Shown one piece after another: positions 26,825-33,874 of a stretch of 37,612 bases of DNA. Source of the DNA: a virus (Duplodnaviria > Caudoviricetes). Location: positions 1 to 37,612 of IMG/VR virus record IMGVR_UViG_3300043036_000344; one strand, 5' to 3'. A program made the position numbers and the translations under genes. A model generated the notes under the pieces. That model worked only from the letters and a program-made list of their open reading frames with translations, was not told the DNA's origin and searched no databases. How positions within the stretch are numbered: position 1 is the first letter of the stretch; each line of letters begins with the position of its first letter.

Positions 26825-28135
26825 TTATACTGCTTCCAGTTCCACTGCTTGGATGTAGTCGATAATTGCTTCGGAGAAGCCATTAATCTCTAGCCAAGCA
26901 CCGTGGTTAATACCGTGTTGGTATGTTGCTACGTTCACAACATAACCTTTGCCCCGTGGAGCACCTGGACGGTCATAGCTTTGTTCGTCAGTAAACACAA
27001 TGCAACGATCGTAAGAGCTTTTTGCATGGATTTGATTCATAGCACTACCCAATTGAGTACCGCTGTGATGCTGCGAATTTGAAATTGCTTCACGGAGAGC
27101 GAATCCGCGACGAGGTGGTACTAGCACAGCAAGATTACTAAAGCTATAGATCTCTACTTGTTCGCATACTTCACGACACAGCATGGCCAATGCTGCTGCC
27201 GCATCAAAGCGATCGAGATCTGATTTTTCAGACACTTTGGAGCCGAACATAGAGCCACTTACGTCGATTACCAAAACAGTCTTACCAGGAATTTTCTGAT
27301 GAGTCGCTAAACTGCGAAACATCATGGTTTCTAGCATGTCTTCGTATTGTGGCACAATACGAGCCGCCGCGATGTAGCGGAATGGCAGGACACGGCTAAC
27401 GTCAACGGTAGATGCATACTCGCGGATAAGGGAGTCCGCTACACCACTGTCGCGCATATTACGCAGATTACGTAAGAAAGCTAGTGCGCCTAGTTTCTTC
27501 TCAGTCATAAGACGAGTAAACGTACCACACTTATCTGCGCCGCTTGACAATTGAGTTTCCCAGGTATCTGGGGTTTCCAACTGATCTGAGGCAATACGCT
27601 GGAACAGCGCTGTTTGCTCAGCATTTTGCGGTTTAGGGTGAGACAAAAACATTACATCACGCAGTTTGATTGCGTGTGAGTTTTTATTCCACTTGGCAAG
27701 CTGGTATTCATTAAACTTGTTAAAGCAGGCTGCAAGACCTTTTTTAACTTGATTAGATACAGCAGACTTGCCTTCTTGCCAATAAATTGACATGAACTCA
27801 GACATTTCGTCTGGACGCTGAATTACATCAGTCAGCGCTTGTGCTTGCAGTTTTCCGTGTCGAGCAAGCTCGCGGGCAAGCAACAGAGGAATGTGACGAA
27901 GTTTGAATTTCGTACGAGCCTCCAAAGCTAGAGCTGATACCTTTTGAGGAGCAACTTTAGCTACCAATTCACGAACCAATTCAGCGTGAGTTTTACCATC
28001 AAGGTAGAACTGGTTTTCCCAAAGCATGGAAGCTAAGGTTAAACGCTTTAGTTGGCGTTCTGCATTGACTTGTGGAACACGAGTGCCCACAGAGTTGGTT
28101 GCTGAAACACGCACAACGCGATTGATCGAAGACAT
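26825..28135 (-). CDS. TROVE-domain Ro60/Rsr-like RNA-binding protein with vWA domain
   Basis: WENQFY, LRHIPLLL, QRPDE, FNEYQLAKW, LRDVMFLSHPKP, PDTWET, AFLRNLRN, LPFRY; MIDAS DVSGSM..T..TDEQ. Confidence 0.92.
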   Translation of the reverse strand: MSSINRVVRVSATNSVGTRVPQVNAERQLKRLTLASMLWENQFYLDGKTHAELVRELVAKVAPQKVSALALEARTKFKLRHIPLLLARELARHGKLQAQALTDVIQRPDEMSEFMSIYWQEGKSAVSNQVKKGLAACFNKFNEYQLAKWNKNSHAIKLRDVMFLSHPKPQNAEQTALFQRIASDQLETPDTWETQLSSGADKCGTFTRLMTEKKLGALAFLRNLRNMRDSGVADSLIREYASTVDVSRVLPFRYIAAARIVPQYEDMLETMMFRSLATHQKIPGKTVLVIDVSGSMFGSKVSEKSDLDRFDAAAALAMLCREVCEQVEIYSFSNLAVLVPPRRGFALREAISNSQHHSGTQLGSAMNQIHAKSSYDRCIVFTDEQSYDRPGAPRGKGYVVNVATYQHGINHGAWLEINGFSEAIIDYIQAVELEAV

Positions 28136-28156
28136 TGGATTTTCCTTTTGTTTAAT

Positions 28157-28224
28157 AAGTAAGAATTAGGCGAAACAGAGAGTTTATCATTACAAGTGAA
28201 GTAACTGTTTCTTTCACTATACCT
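28157..28224 (-). ncRNA. TROVE-associated structured RNA, copy B
   Basis: AGGUA-UAGUG..GAAACAG-UUACUUC..CUGUUUC..AUUCU-UACUU. Confidence 0.72.
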
Positions 28225-28407
28225 AAATTAAAGAACCTGGTGAGAATATTCTAGCACAGGGCGGAAGCGTTAAAGGTATCCAAGAACGCTTGCCTTAAAC
28301 TTAGGCAGGAGCAACGAAGCCTGCTGTTTGTTGCGATTTTTAAAGCGATAGTTTCATAGTATGATGATGTACCTGAAGTCTAATCACTACACTAAGTTCT
28401 TTAATTT
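28225..28407 (-). ncRNA. TROVE-associated structured RNA, copy A (large insert)
   Basis: AUUAAAGAACUUAGUG-UAGUG..CAG-GUACAUC..CUG..AUUCU-CACCAGGUUCUUUAAU; begins at the predicted transcription start. Confidence 0.68.
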
Positions 28408-28415
28408 AAGTATTA

Positions 28416-28444
28416 ATTATATATGAAATTAGCAAAGAGAACAA
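28416..28444 (-). promoter_or_regulatory. promoter of the TROVE/ncRNA unit
   Basis: TTGTTC-N17-TATAAT; start near 28409. Confidence 0.7.
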
Positions 28445-28499
28445 GAGTATATTTACTAATGTTATATGTTTGATTACTCGTTCTCTTTGCTAAGACATA

Positions 28500-28540
28500 A
28501 TTATATGATATTTTGACTTTTAAAACAAGTCAATTTTTTT
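28500..28540 (-). promoter_or_regulatory. second tandem promoter upstream of the TROVE unit
   Basis: AAAAAAATTGAC-TTGTTT-N17-TATAAT; start near 28493. Confidence 0.7.
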
Positions 28541-28542
28541 CA

Positions 28543-28618
28543 TGGTGGAACTAGCAAGACTCGAACTTGCGACCAACAGAATATGAATCTGCTGCACTAC
28601 CAACTGTGCTATAGTTCC
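28543..28618 (-). tRNA. tRNA with CAT anticodon (Ile2 or Met)
   Basis: GGAACTA/TAGTTCC, loop TTCATAT, CCA. Confidence 0.85.
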
Positions 28619-28624
28619 ACAAAA

Positions 28625-28789
28625 TCAACCCCAGTAAGGATGATCTTTGACCATACGGTCATATTGCTTTTGCAACTGCTCTACATGAAATACATCTACA
28701 GGATTATGTGCAGCAATGTAATCTTCTAGGCTTGGTCGGGATTTGAATAGCGCTTTTAAAGCAGCTAAAATAGTTGATTCACTAATCAT
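28625..28789 (-). CDS. 54 aa hypothetical protein
   Basis: MISESTILAALKALFKSRPSLEDYIAAHNPVDVFHVEQLQKQYDRMVKDHPYWG; ATGA overlap. Confidence 0.55.
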   Translation of the reverse strand: MISESTILAALKALFKSRPSLEDYIAAHNPVDVFHVEQLQKQYDRMVKDHPYWG

Positions 28790-29013
28790 TTGCCAGTCTC
28801 CACAAACTTGTAGAATTCTTTGGCTTGTTTTAAGACGTCTTCAACTGTTGGGAATTTAGGTGTTGCTTCTTGAAGCTGTTTTGCATTGGCCATACCTTCT
28901 TGATATAGCTTGAACATTACGTCTGTGGCAAACTCTAGGTTGGCTTCGTACTGTTCGGTAAGATGTTTTTGTGCTTGAGCAATCAGCTCAGTGCGAATTT
29001 CAAATGGATTCAT
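28786..29013 (-). CDS. hypothetical protein
   Basis: MNPFEIRTEL..FPTVEDVLKQAKEFYKFV; AGGAG RBS. Confidence 0.7.
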   Translation of the reverse strand: MNPFEIRTELIAQAQKHLTEQYEANLEFATDVMFKLYQEGMANAKQLQEATPKFPTVEDVLKQAKEFYKFVETGK

Positions 29014-29041
29014 GTGAATCTCCTATGTGTGATGTGTGTAT

Positions 29042-29116
29042 TGGTTGCCACGGACAATTCCGAGATGTCGACCTATCGCTTATCAAGCGAGTGCTCTGCC
29101 TCTGAGCTACGCGGCA
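29042..29116 (-). tRNA. tRNA-Ile(GAT)
   Basis: Loop TTGATAA, variant T-loop CTCGGAA, CCA. Confidence 0.8.
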
Positions 29117-29172
29117 ATTAGTTTACATACTACTTATCCTATTATACGCCGTATGTAAGAGCGATCATTTCT

Positions 29173-29391
29173 TTAAGCTGCGCCGCCTACGTCACCTGTG
29201 TGACTGGCTAGACCTACATTTCCTTGAACAGGATTTGCAAATACACTCATTCCTGCATTAGGAGTAGCAGTATTTTCATCACGTAAGCCTTCTGGGTTAT
29301 TTACTAAGTAAGCTGGCGTGTGTGCGATTGCCATGTTGTTACCAACTAAGTGTACCCCTGCAACAGGGATATTTGTACGATCAGTTGCCAT
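29173..29391 (-). CDS. hypothetical protein
   Basis: AAGGAG RBS, 72 aa. Confidence 0.6.
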   Translation of the reverse strand: MATDRTNIPVAGVHLVGNNMAIAHTPAYLVNNPEGLRDENTATPNAGMSVFANPVQGNVGLASHTGDVGGAA

Positions 29392-29563
29392 TTTTAGGCT
29401 CCTTAGGTGCTGGGTTCATGTAATTTAATACATCAGCCATTGTTGGTAGAGGTGCTGTTGGTGGCATTTGTCCACCGACCCGAGTCATTTCAGTTCCGGT
29501 TAGTGTACTGCCCATTGGATAATTATCCCCAACTTTGCCAGCAGCTGTTTTTGTTTTGTGCAT
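29381..29563 (-). CDS. hypothetical protein
   Basis: Likely start MHKTK with AAGGA RBS. Confidence 0.55.
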   Translation of the reverse strand: MHKTKTAAGKVGDNYPMGSTLTGTEMTRVGGQMPPTAPLPTMADVLNYMNPAPKEPKNGN

Positions 29564-29622
29564 AGATTGTCCTTTTTTAGCTAAAAAAGATCGCAATATG
29601 TTATTGCGATCAAAAAATTATT

Positions 29623-29698
29623 TGGTACAACCCACAAGAATCGAACTTGTTTCCATCGCTCTTCAGGCGACCGCTATGACCACATCAGCTAGAGTTGT
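29623..29698 (-). tRNA. tRNA-Phe(GAA)
   Basis: Loop CTGAAGA, CCA. Confidence 0.88.
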
Positions 29699-29701
29699 AT
29701 A

Positions 29702-30322
29702 TTAGGGGCCTATAAATGAATCAATGTCAAAGCTATTGCTTTTAGTGATATTATCTATGGCCGATATTTCTTGTAAATTACTTTCTATATGAAGCCCACA
29801 TACTAGTTCACCCCTTAACGGAATTATATGGTCTATGTGGTTTCCTTTTTTGCAAGTAATATACTTGTGTTTTATTGCATCCAAATTAGCCCAAGAGGGT
29901 GTCATGGATTTTAATTCTGCACGTTTTTTAGCTTCTGTTGCTCTGCGTGCAGGAACTACTGATTTGCAAAAACATGACTTACAAAAAGAATCTTTGCCAG
30001 TTGTTTTTGTTTTATTTGTGTAAAAACTGTCCAAATCATAAATATGTTCACAACTTGGGCATTGCTTTAACCCGTATTTATGCAATAAGTACGTACAAGA
30101 CTTGATAGTACCAGATTTTTCTGGCATTATTTTTTTATGTAGTACGCTTATGCTTTGGGCTGTTAGTGGTAGTTCTTTAGAAAGTGAGTATGTTATATTA
30201 GATATAACAGATAGGTATTCGTTTGGAGATACTTTATTTGAGGGCCATTTATCAAAATAACCTTCAATGTTAAATATATCTTTTAACGCCGCATATTTAG
30301 ATTCGTATATATAGTCTTGCAT
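29702..30322 (-). CDS. HNH homing endonuclease
   Basis: CPSC..CKSC, TPSWAN, HIDHIIPL..VCGLH..NLQ..DN..KSN; AT-rich; own promoter. Confidence 0.88.
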   Translation of the reverse strand: MQDYIYESKYAALKDIFNIEGYFDKWPSNKVSPNEYLSVISNITYSLSKELPLTAQSISVLHKKIMPEKSGTIKSCTYLLHKYGLKQCPSCEHIYDLDSFYTNKTKTTGKDSFCKSCFCKSVVPARRATEAKKRAELKSMTPSWANLDAIKHKYITCKKGNHIDHIIPLRGELVCGLHIESNLQEISAIDNITKSNSFDIDSFIGP

Positions 30323-30391
30323 AAGTAGAGTACTGGATTAATATATAAATATTATAACACTTATACAAAAATTTTGCAAGCTAAAATTTTA

Positions 30392-30422
30392 TCTGCTGCT
30401 CTACCTGATGAGCTACCGCGAT
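30392..30422 (-). pseudogene. truncated 5' half of a tRNA gene
   Basis: ATCGCGG-TA-GCTC-ATCAGGTA-GAGC-A-GCAGA then the HNH promoter; no 3' half found. Confidence 0.7.
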
Positions 30423-30432
30423 AAAACCTCTT

Positions 30433-30508
30433 TGGGGTGACCTATGGGAATCGAACCCATACTAAAAGAATCACAATCTCGGGTGCTAAACCGTTACACT
30501 AAGGCCAC
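30433..30508 (-). tRNA. tRNA-His(GTG)
   Basis: Loop TTGTGAT, C73, CCA; genomic -1 base is T. Confidence 0.85.
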
Positions 30509-30520
30509 ACCAAAGAAGTT

Positions 30521-30607
30521 TGGCGGAGAGTGTGGGAGTCGAACCCACTCGCCCATTTCGGAGCGTCGGATTAGCAATCCGATGCCTTACCATCCAGCCC
30601 ACTCTCC
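30521..30607 (-). tRNA. tRNA-Ser(GCT)
   Basis: Loop TTGCTAA, long variable arm, G73, CCA. Confidence 0.92.
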
Positions 30608-30686
30608 AGTGGTATTAAACCATATAGAAACACATTCCCCGGCTGAACCTAGGACACCGTTTGTACTTTAGGAATGTGTTTTTATA

Positions 30687-30761
30687 TGGTGGATGCACTG
30701 AGAATCGAACTCAGATAGTCGGATTAAAAGTCCGATATTCTAACCGTTGAATTATACACCC
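30687..30761 (-). tRNA. tRNA-Lys(TTT)
   Basis: Loop CTTTTAA, CCA. Confidence 0.9.
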
Positions 30762-30874
30762 ATATCGCGCTTCCATTTGCCACGAAGCTGCTTGTGGCTT
30801 TTTGTATGTGAACCACTACCCGAGCGTTTTTGTAACGCTATTTGGATGTGGTTCCTGGGTTTTCGTGTTTTCAT
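30752..30874 (-). CDS. 40 aa very basic peptide
   Basis: MKTRKPRNHIQIALQKRSGSGSHTKSHKQLRGKWKRDMGV; ATGA overlap; stop inside the tRNA-Lys 5' end. Confidence 0.55.
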   Translation of the reverse strand: MKTRKPRNHIQIALQKRSGSGSHTKSHKQLRGKWKRDMGV

Positions 30875-31092
30875 TTTGTTTTCCAATTAAGGACGTTATA
30901 AATTGTGCGTACCGTTTCTACAGTATTATCGCCTTTACTAACAATAGGTGAGGTGATTACTCTGTCACCATCTTTGAAATAATTTACTTTGTGCGACTCA
31001 GGATAGTTTAACACTACGCCAGTAAGACGCTCACGTCCCATAGTATCGGCATAAATATAACAATCTTGAATATCTACTACAGGCTTAGTCAT
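30871..31092 (-). CDS. hypothetical protein
   Basis: DGDRVITSPIV..VETVRTIY. Confidence 0.65.
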   Translation of the reverse strand: MTKPVVDIQDCYIYADTMGRERLTGVVLNYPESHKVNYFKDGDRVITSPIVSKGDNTVETVRTIYNVLNWKTK

Positions 31093-31207
31093 CTTTTTCT
31101 ACTCTGATTAAAATAGGGCCGAATCGGAAGATGCGCACATCTTTACCATCACTGTTATGCAGGGTGTTCCATAACAGTGGAACGCCCATAAACCAACTTG
31201 TTTTCAT
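31085..31207 (-). CDS. 40 aa hypothetical protein
   Basis: MKTSWFMGVPLLWNTLHNSDGKDVRIFRFGPILIRVEKDD; overlaps the next start; weak RBS. Confidence 0.4.
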   Translation of the reverse strand: MKTSWFMGVPLLWNTLHNSDGKDVRIFRFGPILIRVEKDD

Positions 31208-31235
31208 ATAGTGATATTTCATATAGTATTAAAAT

Positions 31236-31314
31236 TGGTGGAGAATATCGGGGTCGAACCGATCTGAAATCCTGCTTGCAAAGCAGGCGACCACGCCAGG
31301 CAGTCCCATTCCCC
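31236..31314 (-). tRNA. tRNA-Ala(TGC)
   Basis: G3:U70, loop TTTGCAA, CCA. Confidence 0.88.
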
Positions 31315-31316
31315 AG

Positions 31317-31547
31317 TTATCCTACGAACACTGCGTCAACCACTACATATTTATCGGGATTATCCTCCACGGTGTAGTGTGTATCAGCCTCATGAGGCCC
31401 GTAATACCAGGCATCATTTACATTTAGTGCAATCTTTTGAAACCCAACGTAGTCAATGTCAATAAAACCACCTTCGTAACCACGGGAGATTACTTGCAGT
31501 TTAGGGTCGTAAGTTTGTAGTTTTGCAATCAATTCTTCAACTAACAT
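31317..31547 (-). CDS. hypothetical protein
   Basis: MLVEELIAKLQTYDP..GYEGG. Confidence 0.65.
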   Translation of the reverse strand: MLVEELIAKLQTYDPKLQVISRGYEGGFIDIDYVGFQKIALNVNDAWYYGPHEADTHYTVEDNPDKYVVVDAVFVG

Positions 31548-31689
31548 AAGTGCCTTGTATAAGTTACCATTTGTTTTGCTGACGCACTATTTGCTATACT
31601 GCACAGGAATCAGCGGCCGCTTTTACCCGATCTTAGATATAGTTACGTAGGGTTGACGTTTACCCTGTGGCTTACGTCAGCAAAACAAA

Positions 31690-31764
31690 TGGTACTCCAG
31701 ACGGGTTTCGATCCCGCTTCTCCTCCTTGAAAGGGAGGCGTCCTAGCCACTAGACGACTGGAGT
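31690..31764 (-). tRNA. tRNA-Glu(TTC)
   Basis: Loop CTTTCAA, T-loop ATCGAAA, CCA. Confidence 0.88.
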
Positions 31765-31772
31765 ATGTTATA

Positions 31773-31857
31773 TGGTGGAGCAGAGAGGGTTCGAACCTCT
31801 ACAATTTCTTGACCTCCGGGTTACAGCCGGGTGCCCTTCCTCTCAGGCGTCTGCTCC
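31773..31857 (-). tRNA. tRNA-Tyr(GTA)
   Basis: Loop CTGTAAC, long variable arm, CCA. Confidence 0.88.
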
Positions 31858-31862
31858 ATATT

Positions 31863-31939
31863 TGGTGGGCTTGGCGAGACTCGAACTCGCAGCTTACGGC
31901 TTCTAAGACCGCTGTGTTTACCAATTTCACCACAAGCCC
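31863..31939 (-). tRNA. tRNA-Leu(TAG) with short variable loop
   Basis: Loop CTTAGAA, 5-nt variable region, CCA. Confidence 0.88.
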
Positions 31940-32047
31940 ATAATTAAATACTTTGTATACTTGATGATACTTAGCACCGTCTAACTTAATATAAGCCTTC
32001 AAACTCAAGGCAGGACGTATTGTCGTTTTCAACAAAATATTTAATTA

Positions 32048-32124
32048 TGGTCCGAGATGAAGGATTCGAACCTTCGTTCTTCTACTCCCAAAGTAGACGG
32101 ATTACCAGACTTTCCCAATCTCGG
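32048..32124 (-). tRNA. tRNA-Pro(TGG)
   Basis: C1-G72, loop TTTGGGA, CCA. Confidence 0.88.
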
Positions 32125-32188
32125 ATATACACTTTTTAGATAGTGCGAAATCTCCCCGATATAGTAGGCTGTCGGTGGCAGCAAGCCT

Positions 32189-32332
32189 TTAGTATTTTAC
32201 AAGTGCTAAGATGGTTGCACGATGTTGTGGGCCACATTCGGCTCGCACTAACGCAACAGCTTCTTCAAAGGTTACATCTTGTGGAACTTCCCAAACCGCT
32301 AGTTTACCCATAAGTCTAGTAAAAATTCGCAT
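32189..32332 (-). CDS. hypothetical protein
   Basis: Likely start MRIFT at 32332, promoter upstream. Confidence 0.5.
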   Translation of the reverse strand: MRIFTRLMGKLAVWEVPQDVTFEEAVALVRAECGPQHRATILALVKY

Positions 32333-32402
32333 TGTGTTCCAATCTGTTGAAGAATTGTTATTATACATGACTTGCAACGAATAAGCAAGTCTAAATTTAT
32401 AT

Positions 32403-32590
32403 TGGTAGGAGAGGGTGGATTCGAACCACCAAAACCAAAATTTCCTGATATGTTTCCCAATAGTCGACGTCGGGTCTAAATTGCTCTCGCCCTAACCAAT
32501 TGCTGTAGGTTCGGATGCTAAGTCACGACATTAGATATATCAGATTGAGTGCACTTGGTTGCTAAGAATTCCAACACTTGCTACTCTCCC
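32403..32590 (-). ncRNA. 188-nt tRNA-like RNA with a large insert replacing the anticodon loop
   Basis: GGGAGAG/CTCTCCT acceptor, D-like arm, GGTGG-TTCGAAT-CCACC, ACCA end. Confidence 0.72.
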
Positions 32591-33057
32591 ATATATTAGC
32601 ACACTAAACTACTTAGGCTGCAATAGAAGCCATTGTTCATAAAGTATACTAATATATGGCGATCGTCCCTAAACGATCAACATATAGTCTTATTACTGAG
32701 GGCGACGGCCCCACTGTATCTTAAAATCCGAATACCCTCTCTACAGCGGCGAGGTACTCTTTTTAATGACGGGGATTTCACCCGCCTCGACCGAAGTAGC
32801 TGCTAACCAATAGGGAATATGGCAACAAGCGTGGCGGGACTCATAATTAATAGCACTATGCAAACATTGCAGTTTGCGAAAGGCACCCGCAGGCTATCCC
32901 GTTTTACTATTAAACTAATAATACTATTAATTATGAGAACTAGGTCAAGGCAACAGCCTAGTTCAGTCAGTTATTATGCCACCGCAGGTTTCGACGGACT
33001 ATAAATAGCTCATCATTACTAACTGTTGGTCTGATCTTCTCCCATCCCTGGGAAACT

Positions 33058-33129
33058 TGGTGGACTTATTGCGAATCGAACGCAAATACCATTTGCAGGG
33101 AGCACCTTCGCCACAAGCTTTATAAGCCC
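33058..33129 (-). ncRNA. degenerate tRNA-Ala-like RNA
   Basis: GGGCTTA/TAAGTCC (G3:U70), TTGCG-TTCGATT-CGCAA, ACCA; D and anticodon arms do not fold canonically. Confidence 0.6.
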
Positions 33130-33271
33130 AAATTGTTAAGGATACTAAGCGCCTAAACTATTCTCTAGTAAAGGAAACTGAACCATGGCCTACGCACCGT
33201 GCACTGTGTAATCGTTGTTGCTGGGGAGGCCGTTCTGTTCTTTTTTCGCTTTTCTCACTGTCTAAGCAATA

Positions 33272-33310
33272 ATTATACTATGATTTACGTCCAGAGTCAA
33301 GTTTAAATTT
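33272..33310 (-). promoter_or_regulatory. sigma70-type promoter heading a non-coding block
   Basis: AAATTTAAAC-TTGACT-N17-TATAAT. Confidence 0.78.
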
Positions 33311-33478
33311 CTTGATGGCATCAGCATCTAGTGACGCCGATACGCGAAACGCGTCCTTACCTACTAGATCATAGTGCTGTTCAGCCATTTGCTTTAGCGC
33401 TGGAAGTTTAACTCCAACAACACGCTCATATCGGCTAAGGTAAGCATCTACTAAAAATTCTTTTGTGTATCCTGCCAT
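33278..33478 (-). CDS. hypothetical protein
   Basis: GGAG RBS, 66 aa. Confidence 0.65.
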   Translation of the reverse strand: MAGYTKEFLVDAYLSRYERVVGVKLPALKQMAEQHYDLVGKDAFRVSASLDADAIKKFKLDSGRKS

Positions 33479-33505
33479 AGTATCTCCGTTTAAGAATAAA
33501 TTATA

Positions 33506-33820
33506 CTACAAAACTAAAATACTTTCAAGATCAATTTCTTTGAAGTCAATGAATGGATACTTTTCGCGCCACTGAGTTAATACGCTAAGCATATAAGCGC
33601 TCATTCCGTGACCATTAACATGGCAGTGATATGTGCTGCCTGAATAACCATCAAACTCATAGTGGCCTTCATCATCCATACGAATGTTGGTAACGCCTGA
33701 ATTTAATTTCCATGAGTCACCACCAGCATATCCGCCGTACCAGCCAGCAAAAATTTTACGAGTAGCTTCTTTACCAGTAATCTCTAGCATAACCCATCGG
33801 TCTGGTGTGTAATATGACAT
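33506..33820 (-). CDS. hypothetical protein
   Basis: YTPDRWV..GWYGGYAGGDSWKLNSG..GYSGSTYHC; AGGAG RBS. Confidence 0.7.
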   Translation of the reverse strand: MSYYTPDRWVMLEITGKEATRKIFAGWYGGYAGGDSWKLNSGVTNIRMDDEGHYEFDGYSGSTYHCHVNGHGMSAYMLSVLTQWREKYPFIDFKEIDLESILVL

Positions 33821-33874
33821 ATTATTTCTCCTAATCAGACTATATTATAATCTGATTAAAGGACTTAATTCAAG

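Noticed and set aside
25638-28407. CRISPR array interpretation of the repeated motif
   Set aside because: No identical direct repeats, spacing is irregular, stems covary and no cas genes are present
31799-32035. 78 aa minus-strand ORF
   Set aside because: Runs through tRNA-Leu, tRNA-Tyr and a hairpin spacer, with a weak TTG start
32725-32815. Possible sixth TROVE-type RNA (CAG-CUACUUC ... UAUUC)
   Set aside because: The inner stem pairs poorly and the UAGUG element and outer stem are missing; worth retesting with a covariance model
32965-33025. Hammerhead ribozyme-like UGAUGAG...CGAAAC on the minus strand
   Set aside because: The core begins AUGAUGA rather than CUGAUGA, stem III is about 2 bp and the cleavage-site base would be G
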